Source of the DNA: Felis catus
Lineage: Eukaryota
Assembly (NCBI RefSeq): GCF_018350175.1
Contig: NC_058368.1
Span: forward strand, 100,318,001 to 100,382,000
DNA: 64,000 bases
Reading direction: 5' to 3'
Part shown: positions 27,044 to 37,832 of the stretch, one piece after another
Layout: every line of letters starts with the position of its first letter
Position numbering within the stretch: position 1 is the first letter of the stretch
Position numbers and translations under genes: made by a program
Notes under the pieces: model-generated
Seen by the model: only the letters and a program-made list of their open reading frames with translations
Database searches by the model: none
Told to the model about the DNA's origin: nothing

Positions 27044-27051
27044 TGACGTAG
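27044..27051 (+). promoter_or_regulatory. CRE/ATF-like site near the inferred TSS
   Basis: TGACGTAG, just after GC boxes and just before the putative first exon. Confidence 0.6.
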
Positions 27052-27183
27052 CGGGGCCGCGGCAGCGCCTCCGCCGCCCGCCCCGCTCCCGCTGCGGCGG
27101 TTCCTGCTCCCGCCGCCGCCGTCCACCGTGCGTCCGTCAGTCCGTCCGCGCTTCCGAGCCGCCAGCGCGCCGGGCGCCCCCCG
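27052..27183 (+). other. Putative non-coding first exon (start approximate)
   Basis: (GCC)n-rich leader without ATG, ending at consensus donor CCG|GTGAGT (GT at 27184). Confidence 0.7.
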
Positions 27184-27836
27184 GTGAGTCCAGGTCCCCG
27201 GCGGGCGCGGCGGGGAGGCGGCGGGCGGCGGCGGCGGGCGGCTGAGCCTCTCCAAGTTTGCACCGGGAGACCCCGGCGGGTGTCGCCCCTGCTCCCCGCA
27301 GCCCCCGGGCCCCCTTTGTGCCGCGAGTCCCGGCGGCCGGGGCAGCGGCGGCGCCTCTGCAGAAAGGGTTTTTTTTGGGGGGGGGGGGGGGGAGGAGGTC
27401 TCTATAGTAACGGCGGCGGCTACCGAGCGGCAGCTTTACTCAGGGGAAGGGGGGTGGGCAGACAGCCCCCGCCTCGGTTTCCAAAGGATTGTTCCTTCCC
27501 TTTGCCCGTTTCGTGTGGTTATTATCCTGGCTGCCACCTCGGAGGCAGGGATGGGCAGTGCCCCAGCGCCTGAAAGCCGAGATAACGAGGGGCGAAGTAA
27601 TAGTAACAGCGACAGGACCCAATCACGATAATAATACACGCGAAAGGGGGGCGCCTGGGGTTGTGCCGCCCAGGGGAGCCCCGCGCGCATCCCCGGAGCT
27701 CCCTGGCTGCCCCGTCCAGCCGGGGCTGCGACCTGCCCCTCCGGCGCTGTCCTGCGTCCCGGGCTCGTCCGCGTCGATTTTAGCCGCGAATGTGCCTCTC
27801 TTGGCCTTCTCTCGTGGTGATGACTTTCATCTGCAG

Positions 27837-27845
27837 GTGGTAAGT
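27837..27845 (+). other. Second strong splice donor (alternative first exon end or micro-exon)
   Basis: GTG|GTAAGT (GT at 27840) at the 3' edge of the CpG island. Confidence 0.5.
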
Positions 27846-28814
27846 GGGGTGAACTGGTATTTTGGCTATTGTCAAATGCCACGTTTTGTTTATTTCATTT
27901 TTACGAAAAGAAAAGAAGGGAAAATTATGAGCCGTTACTGGCAGCCATACAGTTTCCACAGGAAATACTAGCATTCTTTGAGGAACACGCTACTGCTTGC
28001 AGCAAAGAAAAGTCTTTAGGAAACAAAAAGGCAACGGCATTGTTGCTCATTTTCAATGGACCGCTAGGAGGGAGGGGGGGCGGCGGGGACGTGTTGTTTT
28101 TTCCTGTGGGAACGTTGCTTTCCTTGGGAAAGTTAATTAAGGAAGCATTCCGGTCGGTGTCAGTCTTTCACTGGCTGGTGGCTGGGCCACCTCGCTCCTG
28201 TTGACTGTTACTGACAAGTGCCCATCAGAGACCCCGGAGGCAAGGAAGAGCCCAGAGGAAGGGAGAGCCGGTGCAGGACAGGCCCGCCGCACACCACGTG
28301 CTGTGGAGCCCGGCCAGGGTGCAGTTTGCAAAATGAAATAAGGGCTGTCTGGGGAGGTTTATGAGGATTACATGTGTGCACAGTATGTCAGTTCTCCAAG
28401 GTGTCACTCTAAACACGTAATTTTCGAGCACCACTTTCCTTGCTGAATCTGCAGGAAGGCAAAAACCTATTTCTCTCATTATGGAGCAGACGTCCCAGCG
28501 GGGAATGGGTTGAAATCTGTATTTCATTTGTACATATTGAAATTTTAAAAGGCAGAGAGAACAAGGTATAGGAAAGCGGTATGCTAATGTGTTCACCTCT
28601 GGGAGAAAATGTCTATTGGCCATTCCTGATGCATCTCAATGTTAATTTACACTCAGCGTGGTGAGAGTGGAAGGAGAGCGCTTTAAGGGGTTCTTGAAAC
28701 TGTTTGAAGAAGGTGTGACGTTTTCTATCCATCACAGAAGTCTCTCATGTGAAGGCAGTTTCAACTGAAGATTACCCATAATCAAAAGGAAGGAGTCCCT
28801 AGGTCTAGAATCAG

Positions 28815-28851
<37 letters not shown>
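28815..28851 (+). repeat. Poly(A) run, ~37 nt
   Basis: Uninterrupted A tract. Confidence 0.95.
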
Positions 28852-28853
<2 letters not shown>

Positions 28854-29567
28854 TGGTGCTTCTCTTAAGGACCTGTGGACATCTCAGTTAGAAAAAAAAA
28901 ATAATTATTAAAAACTAAGGGCTATAACTTTGAATATAGATTTAATTTTCATGAGGAGAAGTTACAAGATAGTAGATTGGAAGTAACACTGCCTGTACTG
29001 ATTTGACATTTACTGTGTATTGATGTCCAAAAGCAAGTGACCAGGGCAAATGAAGCTCTCCATGTACTATGTCACAGCCTTGCTAATTCCAGGCAGTTGT
29101 CCTGGTGCAGGTGTCTGTGGAAATGCAGCACAGAGGCCAAGAAACTTTGTGTGCGCCGTTGTTTTGGAAGGAAGTGGAGTAGTACTTTACTGCTCTTAGG
29201 AGGGAAACCCACACAAACATCTTATACAAACAAATGATCTTTGATATTATCACAGGAAGCCTGGAGCTGTTTCTCTTGCCAGATTTAAGGCATTACTTGT
29301 CAAAAGAGGAAATCTCCCAAGGAGCAGGTGCATCATTATAAGAAACACAAGGGAGATTCTCTTTTAAATGCAAAATCTAATTGAAAGGCAACAAGAGAAT
29401 CAGTGACACTCTTCGAATAGAAACCTTGTTTTTGGCAGTCTGTCAGGTTACCGTTGCAAACCACATAGGAGAAATATGTGTCTTGGGAGAACAATAACAT
29501 CCTGGTGAAAATCAAACAGTTGCTTCTGTGAAACTTTTACCCTTATATACTTGGTTCCTTGTGCACC

Positions 29568-29768
29568 TTTAAAAAAATATGTTTATTTATTTATTTGGAG
29601 GGAGAGAAAGTGTGAGCAGGGGAGAGGGCGCAGAGAGGGAGAGAATCCCCAGCAGGCTCCACGCTCAGCGCAGAGCCCAGTGCGGGGCTTGATCCCATGA
29701 CCGTGAGATCATGACCTCTGCAGAAATCCAAAGTCGGACTCTTAACCGACTGAGCCACCCGGGTGCCT
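29568..29768 (-). mobile_element. Carnivore SINE
   Basis: CGACTGAGCCACCCGGGTGCC head; TSD CTTGTG(C/T)ACCTTT. Confidence 0.95.
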
Positions 29769-29960
29769 CATTCTTGTGTACCTTTGATTGACGTGCAGGT
29801 TTAGTTACAAGAAATAATTTACCGAAAATGGATCAGTAATGAATCGGTTACTACTATGATATATACTTTGCATGATTTTGCACTTTATGTGGATAGCTAG
29901 ATTTCATAATTGGCTGTTTCCATCTTAGCTCTCTTTTAAGCTTTAAAAGTTAGTGACCAG

Positions 29961-30170
29961 GGCGAGGCGCCTGGGTGGCTCAGTTAGTTAAGCATCCAAC
30001 TTTGGCTCAGGTCATGATCTCATGGTGCTTGAGTTCAAGCCCAGCGACGGGCTCTGTGCTGTCAGCTCAAAGCCTGGAGCCTGCTTCAGATTCTCTGTCT
30101 CTCTCTCTCTGTCTGCCCCTCCCCTGATTGCGCTCTATTTCTCTCTCAAAAATAAACATTAAAAAAAAAA
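29961..30170 (+). mobile_element. Carnivore SINE (SINEC_Fc type)
   Basis: GGCGCCTGGGTGGCTCAG head; TSD AAAAGTTAGTGACCA. Confidence 0.95.
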
Positions 30171-30459
30171 GTTAGTGACCAAAATATTTGTCCAAATGAT
30201 GACTATGAATTGATAAGGCTGGGCCCCGAAATGCACTAGTTGATTCCTCTTTCTTGTGTATTCACTTTGTGCATTTGTGGCATATAAAAGTATAAAACAC
30301 AGAAACTCTTCGCAAGGAATTTAGAAAGGAGGAAATAGGACACATGAAAAATGAATCATACAAAAGATGAAGAGAGATACTGTATGATTGAGCAACCAAG
30401 ATGCTAAATAGTAAATGAAAAGGGATTCAAAGGAGAAAATGACCAAATCAGCTCAGATG

Positions 30460-31065
30460 TTTTTATCACTTGTCCGTTGCTGCATAACCAGTCACCCCAA
30501 AAAGCATTTGCTTAAAGCAAATATTAAAGCTCATGGTTGTGTGGTCCATGGTTTGGACTGAGTTCAGCTGGATGGTTCTTCTGCTGATCTTGGTGGGGTT
30601 CCTTCAGGCATCTCCAGTCACCTGGTGGGTGAGCTGGTGGCAGGGTGATCTAGGAGGGCTTCAGTTACATCTGGCGGTTATCAGACTGTTAGCCAGGTTA
30701 ACAGGCACCCAGGACGTCTACATCCCATGGACCAATTCGATTCAAATCACAAGGTCACCTTGGATTCAAGCAGTATAGAAAGATTCCACTTCTTTTTTGT
30801 AAAATTTTTTTTAATGTTTATTTATTTTTGAGAGAGACAGAGACAGAGCGTGAACAGGGGAGGTGCAGAGAGAGGGAGACACAGAATCTGAAACAGGCTC
30901 CAGGCTCCGAGCTGTCAGCACAGAGCCCGATGCGGGGCCCAAACCCACAAACTGTGAGATCATGACCTGAGCTGAAGTCGGACACTTAACTGACTGAACC
31001 ACGCAGGCGCCCCAAGAAAGACTCCACTTCTAATGAGAGGTAGCTGCAAGAAATTGTAGCCTCCT
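30460..31065 (-). mobile_element. MaLR solo LTR (MLT1-type) interrupted by a SINE
   Basis: TTGCTGCATAACCAGTCACCCCAAAA...GTTCAGCTGGATGGTTCTTCTGCTG...ACTCCACTTCTAATGAGAGGTAGCTGCAA. Confidence 0.75.
30794..31013 (-). mobile_element. Carnivore SINE (SINEC_Fc type) nested in MLT1
   Basis: CAGGCGCCCC head; TSD AGAAAGA(T/C)TCCACTTCT. Confidence 0.96.
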
Positions 31066-32844
31066 TTTTTTTTCTTTCTTTCTTTTTTTTTTTTTTTTTG
31101 CAATTTACATGTTTGAGGACACTCATTTTCGCAAATGTTTTCTGCTAAGGAGGAATGTACTGCAAGACCGGAGAGTTGAGTGAAGCCTGCTCGTAGGCAC
31201 CCCAGAATTTAGGTCAGGGAATGTCCTGGACCTCATTGTCCTGTAGTCTTCGTTCTGTAAACCTTGGGAAAATGATGAGTAACACAGTGACGGTAAAATG
31301 TTAGTCACAGCCTTCTGCCAGTGGCATCAGGATGGTTTAGAGACGGTAGGCTGGTGGCAAAGTCAGCAGACCGTTGGTGGGCAATGAGGAAGGCTCTGGC
31401 AAAGGCAGAAGCAAAGAAAACGGAAAGGAAGGGATCATTCTGGGAGATTCCGTATTTTGGGATGGGGTGACTGATGACACCGCATTACTGAAAGCCTCTA
31501 GTCAAAATCATTCTGAGGTTAAAAAAAAAAAAAAAGCTTAAGTGGCTGAAAGAATGTGCCATTGTGAGAAATAGATCAATAAGTGATTTATTTGGGGGGG
31601 AGGAGAAAAATTCAGTTTCAGAAAGGTGGATTAAAAGAGATAAATTGGATGTGAAAGTACTTTATCAGCTGCAGAGTATGCTCTGAATGGTCGCTATTGC
31701 TTCGCGCTTAAAGTGCAGCAACTTACATATGCTGGAGTTTCTCCCAAGTAAAGCAACGGAAAACAAAAGGGAACACGGAGGCTATCCCAAGGGTCAAAGG
31801 GAAGTCAGAAGAACCACTTTCAGGGTGTTAACAGAACTCCTCAAGGGGGCTGGGGAGTGGGGACTGATGTTCTTTCTCTGCAAGGCACAGCTGGAGGTCT
31901 GCCCTTGGACTTGGCATACCCACACAGAGAAAACCTTTGGTCTAGTTTGAATGGCACGCACACCGCTTCGCCCGGCGCGTTGATTGACAGGCCCACTAAG
32001 ACAGCACACGATGGGGAGTAGGTAGGCGCTTCCGCGGAGGAGAAGGCAGACCTGCCCTCAGAAGCGGGAATGGATCCACCCGGGGTGGCCAAACCAGCCA
32101 ATGCCCACCAGGAATGAACACCCGCCAGACTTATCTGTACTTGGCCCCTGAGGAGCGGACAGGGCAGGAGGTGATGGTACAGGCATACTTACACAGAGAC
32201 GAGGGTGCATCGGTAACAGTTAAACCCTTGCCAGTGTGGGGGTCTTTTCGTGGAAGGAGAGTAAAGAAAGAAGGTCCGGGGGTTGTTTTATTGGAGGGGA
32301 GAGGAATTCTCAACACATTGCACTCTTGTACCTAAGGGCTCTGTTGAGGGGCTGTGCAACCCGCCGTGTTTTATTGATGGCCAGTCTGAAATTCAGGTGG
32401 TGCCCTCACCATCAAGTGCAGCTGTGGGCCAGACAGGAACACCTGGCCTCTCTAACGTCACACAATTAGTCTGAACAGCACGCACAGCTGCTCGTTATGG
32501 AAGGGCTTGGATGGACCAGCTCAAATCCAAGCGTACGCTTTTATAGTTTCTTTTGTGCACGTCTAAGAACCCTGAAGATATTCAATAAATGTTAACTTAA
32601 TGAGTGAATGTGCCATTATCTGGTGCAGTAACATTTTCAAAAGCAGTCTGGTTTGGCTTTTCATTACTCACAGTAGAATTTGCTATAAAGTCCCTAAGTG
32701 TCTTTTTTAGATTCAAATGTTTTAAGGTACTATTGTCTCAGAAATGTAGGTTTTTTGTTTTGTTTTGTTTTGTTTTTTTTTAATAATCCACCACTCACAA
32801 AAGTAGACTTTTCTTTTTTGAAACACAATTTTCTTTACTTATCT

Positions 32845-33340
32845 TTGTCACGGCTCTTGGCTGCAAGTCACAGAAACCCAGCTTGTACTTACTCAACTAG
32901 GCAGGGGCATATATTGTCTCCCTTATGGGAAAAGTTCAGGAAGGCTCCAATTCTGATTTCCTCTCTTCTTCCTGGTGGTACAATGGTCCGAAGCAGCTTC
33001 AAGTTTAACCCCTGCAGGGGAGGAGAATAATTTGGGATTAACTCTTAATTAATGGGCACATGCCCATGCCTGAACCAGCTCCTGTGGCCAGGGATCTGGA
33101 ACATGGAATTCGACTTGACTTGGCCTTGATCATGTGCCCAGGCCTGGAGCCTTCGTGAATGGAAGGAACAGTCTGTGGGCAGAGGCGAGACATGGGGAGG
33201 ATGTGGGAACTTCATGAGGGGGTGGTGGGTAAAACCCTCCCAAAGTAAATAGCCTGAGAGCAAGCAAGGGGTGGTTCTTTAAAAAGAAACTATGGAGAAG
33301 AGAGCAAGGATCCTGTGCAAGCAAAAAGAACAGGTATATA
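32845..33340 (-). mobile_element. MaLR solo LTR (MLT1-type)
   Basis: CTCTTGGCTGCAAGTCACAGAAACCCAG...GGGCACATGCCCATGCCTGAACCA. Confidence 0.7.
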
Positions 33341-33529
33341 AGGTATATCTACTCTTCCATCCATTTTCCCTGGAGGATGCATCGTCTCTCTGCCCCCAAG
33401 CCATGAACCTGGGAATGACCCTGATTGGACCTCTCATTGGGTCACTCACCAGGACCCCTGTCTCTGTCTCACTCTTTCCCCCGTTAGTTTAGAGCTCCCC
33501 CCCCCCCCGTTTCACCCTGCACAAGTACC

Positions 33530-34185
33530 CTCTGAGAATGCCACGTCCAGTCTCTCTGCTTCAACTCCATCCTCCTCACCGTGGCCAGAGTGCTCTTTCA
33601 AAGAACAAATAGATAAAATCGAATCAGGTAACTGCCTGAGAGCCATTCAGAACCTCACAGCCCTGGAGGAAAAGAACAACCTCCTGATCTTGAATTCCAC
33701 AGTTCCTGGGTCCCCCGTGACGTGGGCCCTGCCTCCCGTGGACACAGGAAGTTGGATGGGATGGAGGTGTGTGCCGTGTGGCTTCTGCCCCCTGCCCACG
33801 TGACCCCCATGCTGTGCTGACCTCTGCCACTTGAAGGCCCCCAGAGGCTTCATTTTCTCTCATCTTCATGGGGTTTTTTCTGCCTGTGCTTTTGTCCCAG
33901 TGGTATGTTGTTTCTCCTTTCTTGACCTGACTTGACCTTGAACATTCACTCCTCCTTCCACACGCACCCCAAGTGTTGTTTCTCGGAGAAGCCTTTGCTT
34001 GAACACCAGGTCCTGCCCAGCCCCGCCCGGCCCCATATCCTACTTTACCCTGTGGTGCCATATGTGTGACGTCCTGTCCCGTTGTGCTGTGACAGCTCCG
34101 AGGGGCTTTCTCATCTCTGTATCCCTGTGTCTAGTGCAGGGGTCCTCACAGCAAACATGCTGAAGAAGCTTTAGGGGAAGGAATG
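33530..34185 (+). mobile_element. L2 fragment
   Basis: GGCCAGAGTGCTCTTTCAAA, AGAAGCCTTTGCTTGA, CATCTCTGTATCCCTGTGTCTAG. Confidence 0.6.
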
Positions 34186-34499
34186 AAAAGGGTGTGCTGA
34201 GTCATTAACCTCGGTGATTTTCAAGATTTGTCCTGTTTCCTTTAACGTGATTCCTAAATTTGCATCTCTGAATGTTGGCCAGGAAAGCAGGGTCTCTTTG
34301 AAATCACCGTTCAGACACCTTTCTCCTGTTTTCCTGGCTCCGTGTAATGCTCGATGCCTACTTGGTCACTAACAGCTACCTCAAGAAAGAGGCTGAAAAA
34401 TACCAGTGGCCCAAAGTCCGTCTCGAAGCTAAAATGTATGGCCCAGAGATCAGATGAGGAATACTTTTTTTTTCCCCCTCTGCCATAAGAGAGGTTATT

Positions 34500-34730
34500 T
34501 AATAGTTAATATTTATGAGGCACTTACTCTGCGTTGGTTGCTTAACAGATGACTTACAATTATTTTCTTATTAATTCTCACAGCAGCCCTAGGAAGGAGC
34601 TATTACCATTATCTATCCTTTTCCTGCCTGTGAGGAAGCTTAAGATTTACAGAGTTAAGGTCCTTCTTCCTGGAGATGGCCAAGCTGTCAGACCCTCATC
34701 TGGGTTGGTGAGGAGTAAAATCAAGCTTTG
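34500..34730 (-). mobile_element. MIR SINE
   Basis: ATTTATGAGGCACTTACT...TTAATTCTCACAGCAGCCCTAGGAAG...AGAGTTAAG. Confidence 0.7.
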
Positions 34731-35109
34731 ATTGGGCTCTTGCAATTCACCCAGTTACAATTTCGGTTGTCGTGGTTCTAAAACCGGGTGACCGCCTCCG
34801 AGGTATAAAACATGCCACCTGCCTCCCTTCGCCTTCAATTATGTCAAAAAGACTGTGGAGAAAGATGTATTTCAAGTGGTAAGGGCTCTGGTACCACAGA
34901 ATGGAATTAAGATGGATGTCTGCCTTAGAAATTCCAGCCATATTCCTGTGCTTCTGCTGTTGCCAGATAATAAAGGGCCCATCTGCAGATTGTACTGCTG
35001 TGTATAAAACTCACGCCTCTTGAACAGCCAGAGTGAAGTCTTTGTCCTGAGGGTCCTTCAGGAAGTCCATAGATACGTAAAATATGCTAAACACTTTGGA
35101 GGTCACAGG

Positions 35110-35512
35110 AGCTCGGTGGGTTTTCACCGGTTTCCAGTCTGAGAGCCTTCTGGGGATCTGATGAAAGCTGAGGATACTTTCCTTAGAAAAAAAGTTTGGG
35201 GGCGCCTGGGTAGCTTGGTCGGTTAAGCATCTGACTTCAGCTCAGGTCATGATCTCGTGGTTCGTGAGTTAAGGCCCCCGCATCGGGCTCTATGCTGACA
35301 GCTCGGAGCCTGGAGCCTGCTTCGGATTCTGTGTCTCCCTGTCTCTCTCTGTCCCTCCCTCACTTGTGCTCTGTCTCTCTCTCAAAAATAAATAAACAAA
35401 AAAAAGAAAAAAAGATGTTCATATACACCACTGAGTCCAGGGGCTTCCAGAATATGTGACAGCCCATTTGTGGATTTCCTGGGGCCCCACAGACTCCAGG
35501 TTAAAAACCTTG
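35110..35512. mobile_element. Probable hAT-Charlie MITE (MER103/Charlie4z-like) interrupted by a SINE
   Basis: GATCTGATGAAAGCT...CCTTAGAAAAA and CTCCAGGTTAAAAACC terminal motif. Confidence 0.5.
35198..35413 (+). mobile_element. Carnivore SINE (SINEC_Fc type)
   Basis: GGGGGCGCCTGGGTAGC head, CT tract, A tail. Confidence 0.95.
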
Positions 35513-35530
35513 TTTAAGAGCTATAATCCA

Positions 35531-35734
35531 GGGGCGCCTGGGTGGCTCAGTGGGTTAAGCATCCAACTTTAGCTCAATGTGTGTTTTTGAGCCCCACACA
35601 TTGGGGTCTACAGTGACAGCACAGAGACCACTTCAGATCCTCTGTCTCCCTCTCTCTCTGCCTCTCCCCCGCTTCCGTGCTCTCTCTCTCTCTCAAAAAT
35701 AAATTAAAAACATTAAAAAAACAAATTAAAAAAA
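35531..35734 (+). mobile_element. Carnivore SINE (first of a tandem pair)
   Basis: GGGGCGCCTGGGTGGCTCAG head; left TSD AAGAGCTATAATCCA. Confidence 0.95.
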
Positions 35735-35740
35735 GCTGTT

Positions 35741-35959
35741 GGGGCACCTGGGTGGCTCAGTCAGTTAAGAGTCCAACTTAACTCGCAGGTCATGATCTTG
35801 CAGTCAGTGAGTTCGAGCCCTGCGTCAGGCTCTGTGCTGACACAGCTCAGAGCCTGGAGCCTGCTTCAGATTCTGTGTCTCCTCTCTTGTGCTCATGCTC
35901 TGTCTTTTCTCTGTTTCTCAAAGACGAATAAATGTTAAAAAAATAAATTAAAAAAAAAA
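35741..35959 (+). mobile_element. Carnivore SINE (second of a tandem pair)
   Basis: GGGGCACCTGGGTGGCTCAG head; flanked by AAAAGCTGT. Confidence 0.95.
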
Positions 35960-37330
35960 GCTGTAATCCAGAAGAAAAATAATGGCCATTGTTGAATATA
36001 TACCACTTATTGACCATTTATTGAGTGCTTACCGTGTGCCAGTCCTTTTTGAAAAGTACATTGTAGCTAACCAGCCCCCTAAGACCTGTGTTCCCAGCCC
36101 TGTTGTAAGCTGCCGAGAATGAGGGTCAGAGAAGGAGCTCAGTCTCCCAGCCACCAAGTGCTGAGAGTGGAGTCAAACCCCGCCGGGCGTCACTGTTATT
36201 TCATGCGGCGTCCGTGCTCGTTCCTCTCACCACGCTGGGCGTGAGACCCGTGCCCGTGACCTTCCGAGCCTTTGTTCCCCCTTGACTTCCCTCACCCTGC
36301 AGCTTCCCTGGTGGCAGTGGGTCAGGCAGCCGCTTCTGCTGCAGCAACCTCTGGGGTTGTCTCCCGTGCAGGAGCCGACAAGGGCTGGGAAGGTCTCGGC
36401 TCCTCTCCACCTTCGCCTGGGTTGACAGCTCGCACGCAGACCCCAGCGTCCGAGAGGCAGATCGCTGCTCCTTGACCCTGCCTCAGTGAGCCCCTCCCTC
36501 TTTCCTGAGTGCAGTGTGCACCCTCAGAGTCATTAACCACACAGCAGCAACACTCAGCAGCAAAACTGGCTGCAGATTCTCCATTGGCACCCCTCACAGA
36601 CCGTTACGGTGAGGTGCTGCTCTATGCCAGGCTCCCCTCGGAGCTGTGGTCACCACAGTGAGCTCACAGATGTGGTTCCTGAGCTCGTGGCATTTCCATC
36701 TCTTCTAGATCTGCCCGGGAAGGGGGCTAGCAAAGAAAGAAAAGGCGATGTTTTCAGAAAGCGAAAGTCTGAAGGACTGATTCTACTCCCTTCTCCGTTC
36801 TCTGCAGCTTTACATCTCTAGGCACAAGCGTGTCTGCTTCTCTAGCACTTTCATCCCTCCCCTGGGTTGTTGAGAGTGCTTTAGATTTCCAGAGACTTAG
36901 TAGGCAGAGTAAGGGGGACACAGGCGCATCAGTGCATCTCAGCCACCCCTTTTCAGATGAGGGGGCAGAGTGACCAAATGACTGGCCGGACGGGGTTGAA
37001 GGCAGGGCTAGCTAGCCGGTCTGGTGCCTGGCGGAGCATAGCCTAGTGTAAGCCACAGGCGGCTTCTAAGTTATTTGTGATGTGATTATTGTCATTTTGG
37101 CTTTGATGTTGTGGTCTCTCTGCTGCAACTGAATCTGGCAGGCACGTACTACTCAGGAAGCACACGCACTGCCAGCCTCTGCCCATCTTTGCAGCCCCTG
37201 AGAGGCGCCCCTGTGTGCTCTTTTCTACACATGTCCTTCTCCCTGCCCCCCAGCTGCCCCCGAGACAGCCTCCCAGGTTCTCTCTCTAAGTGTTGTGTTG
37301 TGACTTCTTACACCACAACGGGCGGGTAGA

Positions 37331-37504
37331 GGGGTGCCTGGGTGGCTTTGGCAGTCTGGGACCCGGGTCGGGCTCTGTGCTGAGGGCGTGGAGCCTGCTT
37401 CAAGTCCTCTGTTTCCTTCCCTCTCTGACTCTCCGCCACTCATACACATTCCCTCTCTCTCTCTCTCTTTCTCCAAAATAAATAAATAAACGTTAAAAAA
37501 AAAA
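37331..37504 (+). mobile_element. Internally deleted carnivore SINE
   Basis: GGGGTGCCTGGGTGGCT head joined to GTCGGGCTCTGTGCTG; CT tract and tail. Confidence 0.9.
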
Positions 37505-37519
37505 CAACAACACCAAAAC

Positions 37520-37832
37520 TGGTGGACAGAAATAGTAAGTCTGTGAATGTGAGCCACTTAATTAATTTCTCATTTTCTAGCAAGCACGTTAGGAAAAATA
37601 AGAGGAAACGGGTGGAATTAATTTCAGTCCTCTATTTTACTTAATGCAGTATATCCTGGATATTAGCATTTCCTCATGTAATATAAAAAAAATTATTAAC
37701 TACCTCCCTTTCGTTCTTGTTTTTCATACTTTTTGAAAGTTGGTGTGCGTTTTGTTTTTAACTCAGACTCAAGCCACGCTTGTGATGGTTAGTAGCCACA
37801 TGTGGCCTGTGGCTCCCATAGTGGACTCCAGG
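37520..37832 (+). mobile_element. MER33-type hAT MITE
   Basis: AATGTGAGCCAC...TTTTCTAGCAAGCACGTTA...GTAGCCACATGTGGC. Confidence 0.8.

Larger units (their letters stand above)
26300..27800. promoter_or_regulatory. CpG-island promoter of an unidentified gene
   Basis: Very GC- and CpG-rich in an otherwise CpG-depleted window; several GC boxes (CCCGCCC/GGGCGG), CCAAT at 26541, no interspersed repeats. Confidence 0.95.

Noticed and set aside
27052..27183. Assigning a gene symbol to the promoter
   Set aside because: No coding sequence in the window and I do not reliably recognise the leader; needs a BLAT search.
26453..27971. Long GC-rich ORFs (129-224 aa) on both strands
   Set aside because: Arg/Gly/Pro/Ala-rich products expected from stop-codon scarcity in a CpG island; they overlap in several frames and show no recognisable domain.
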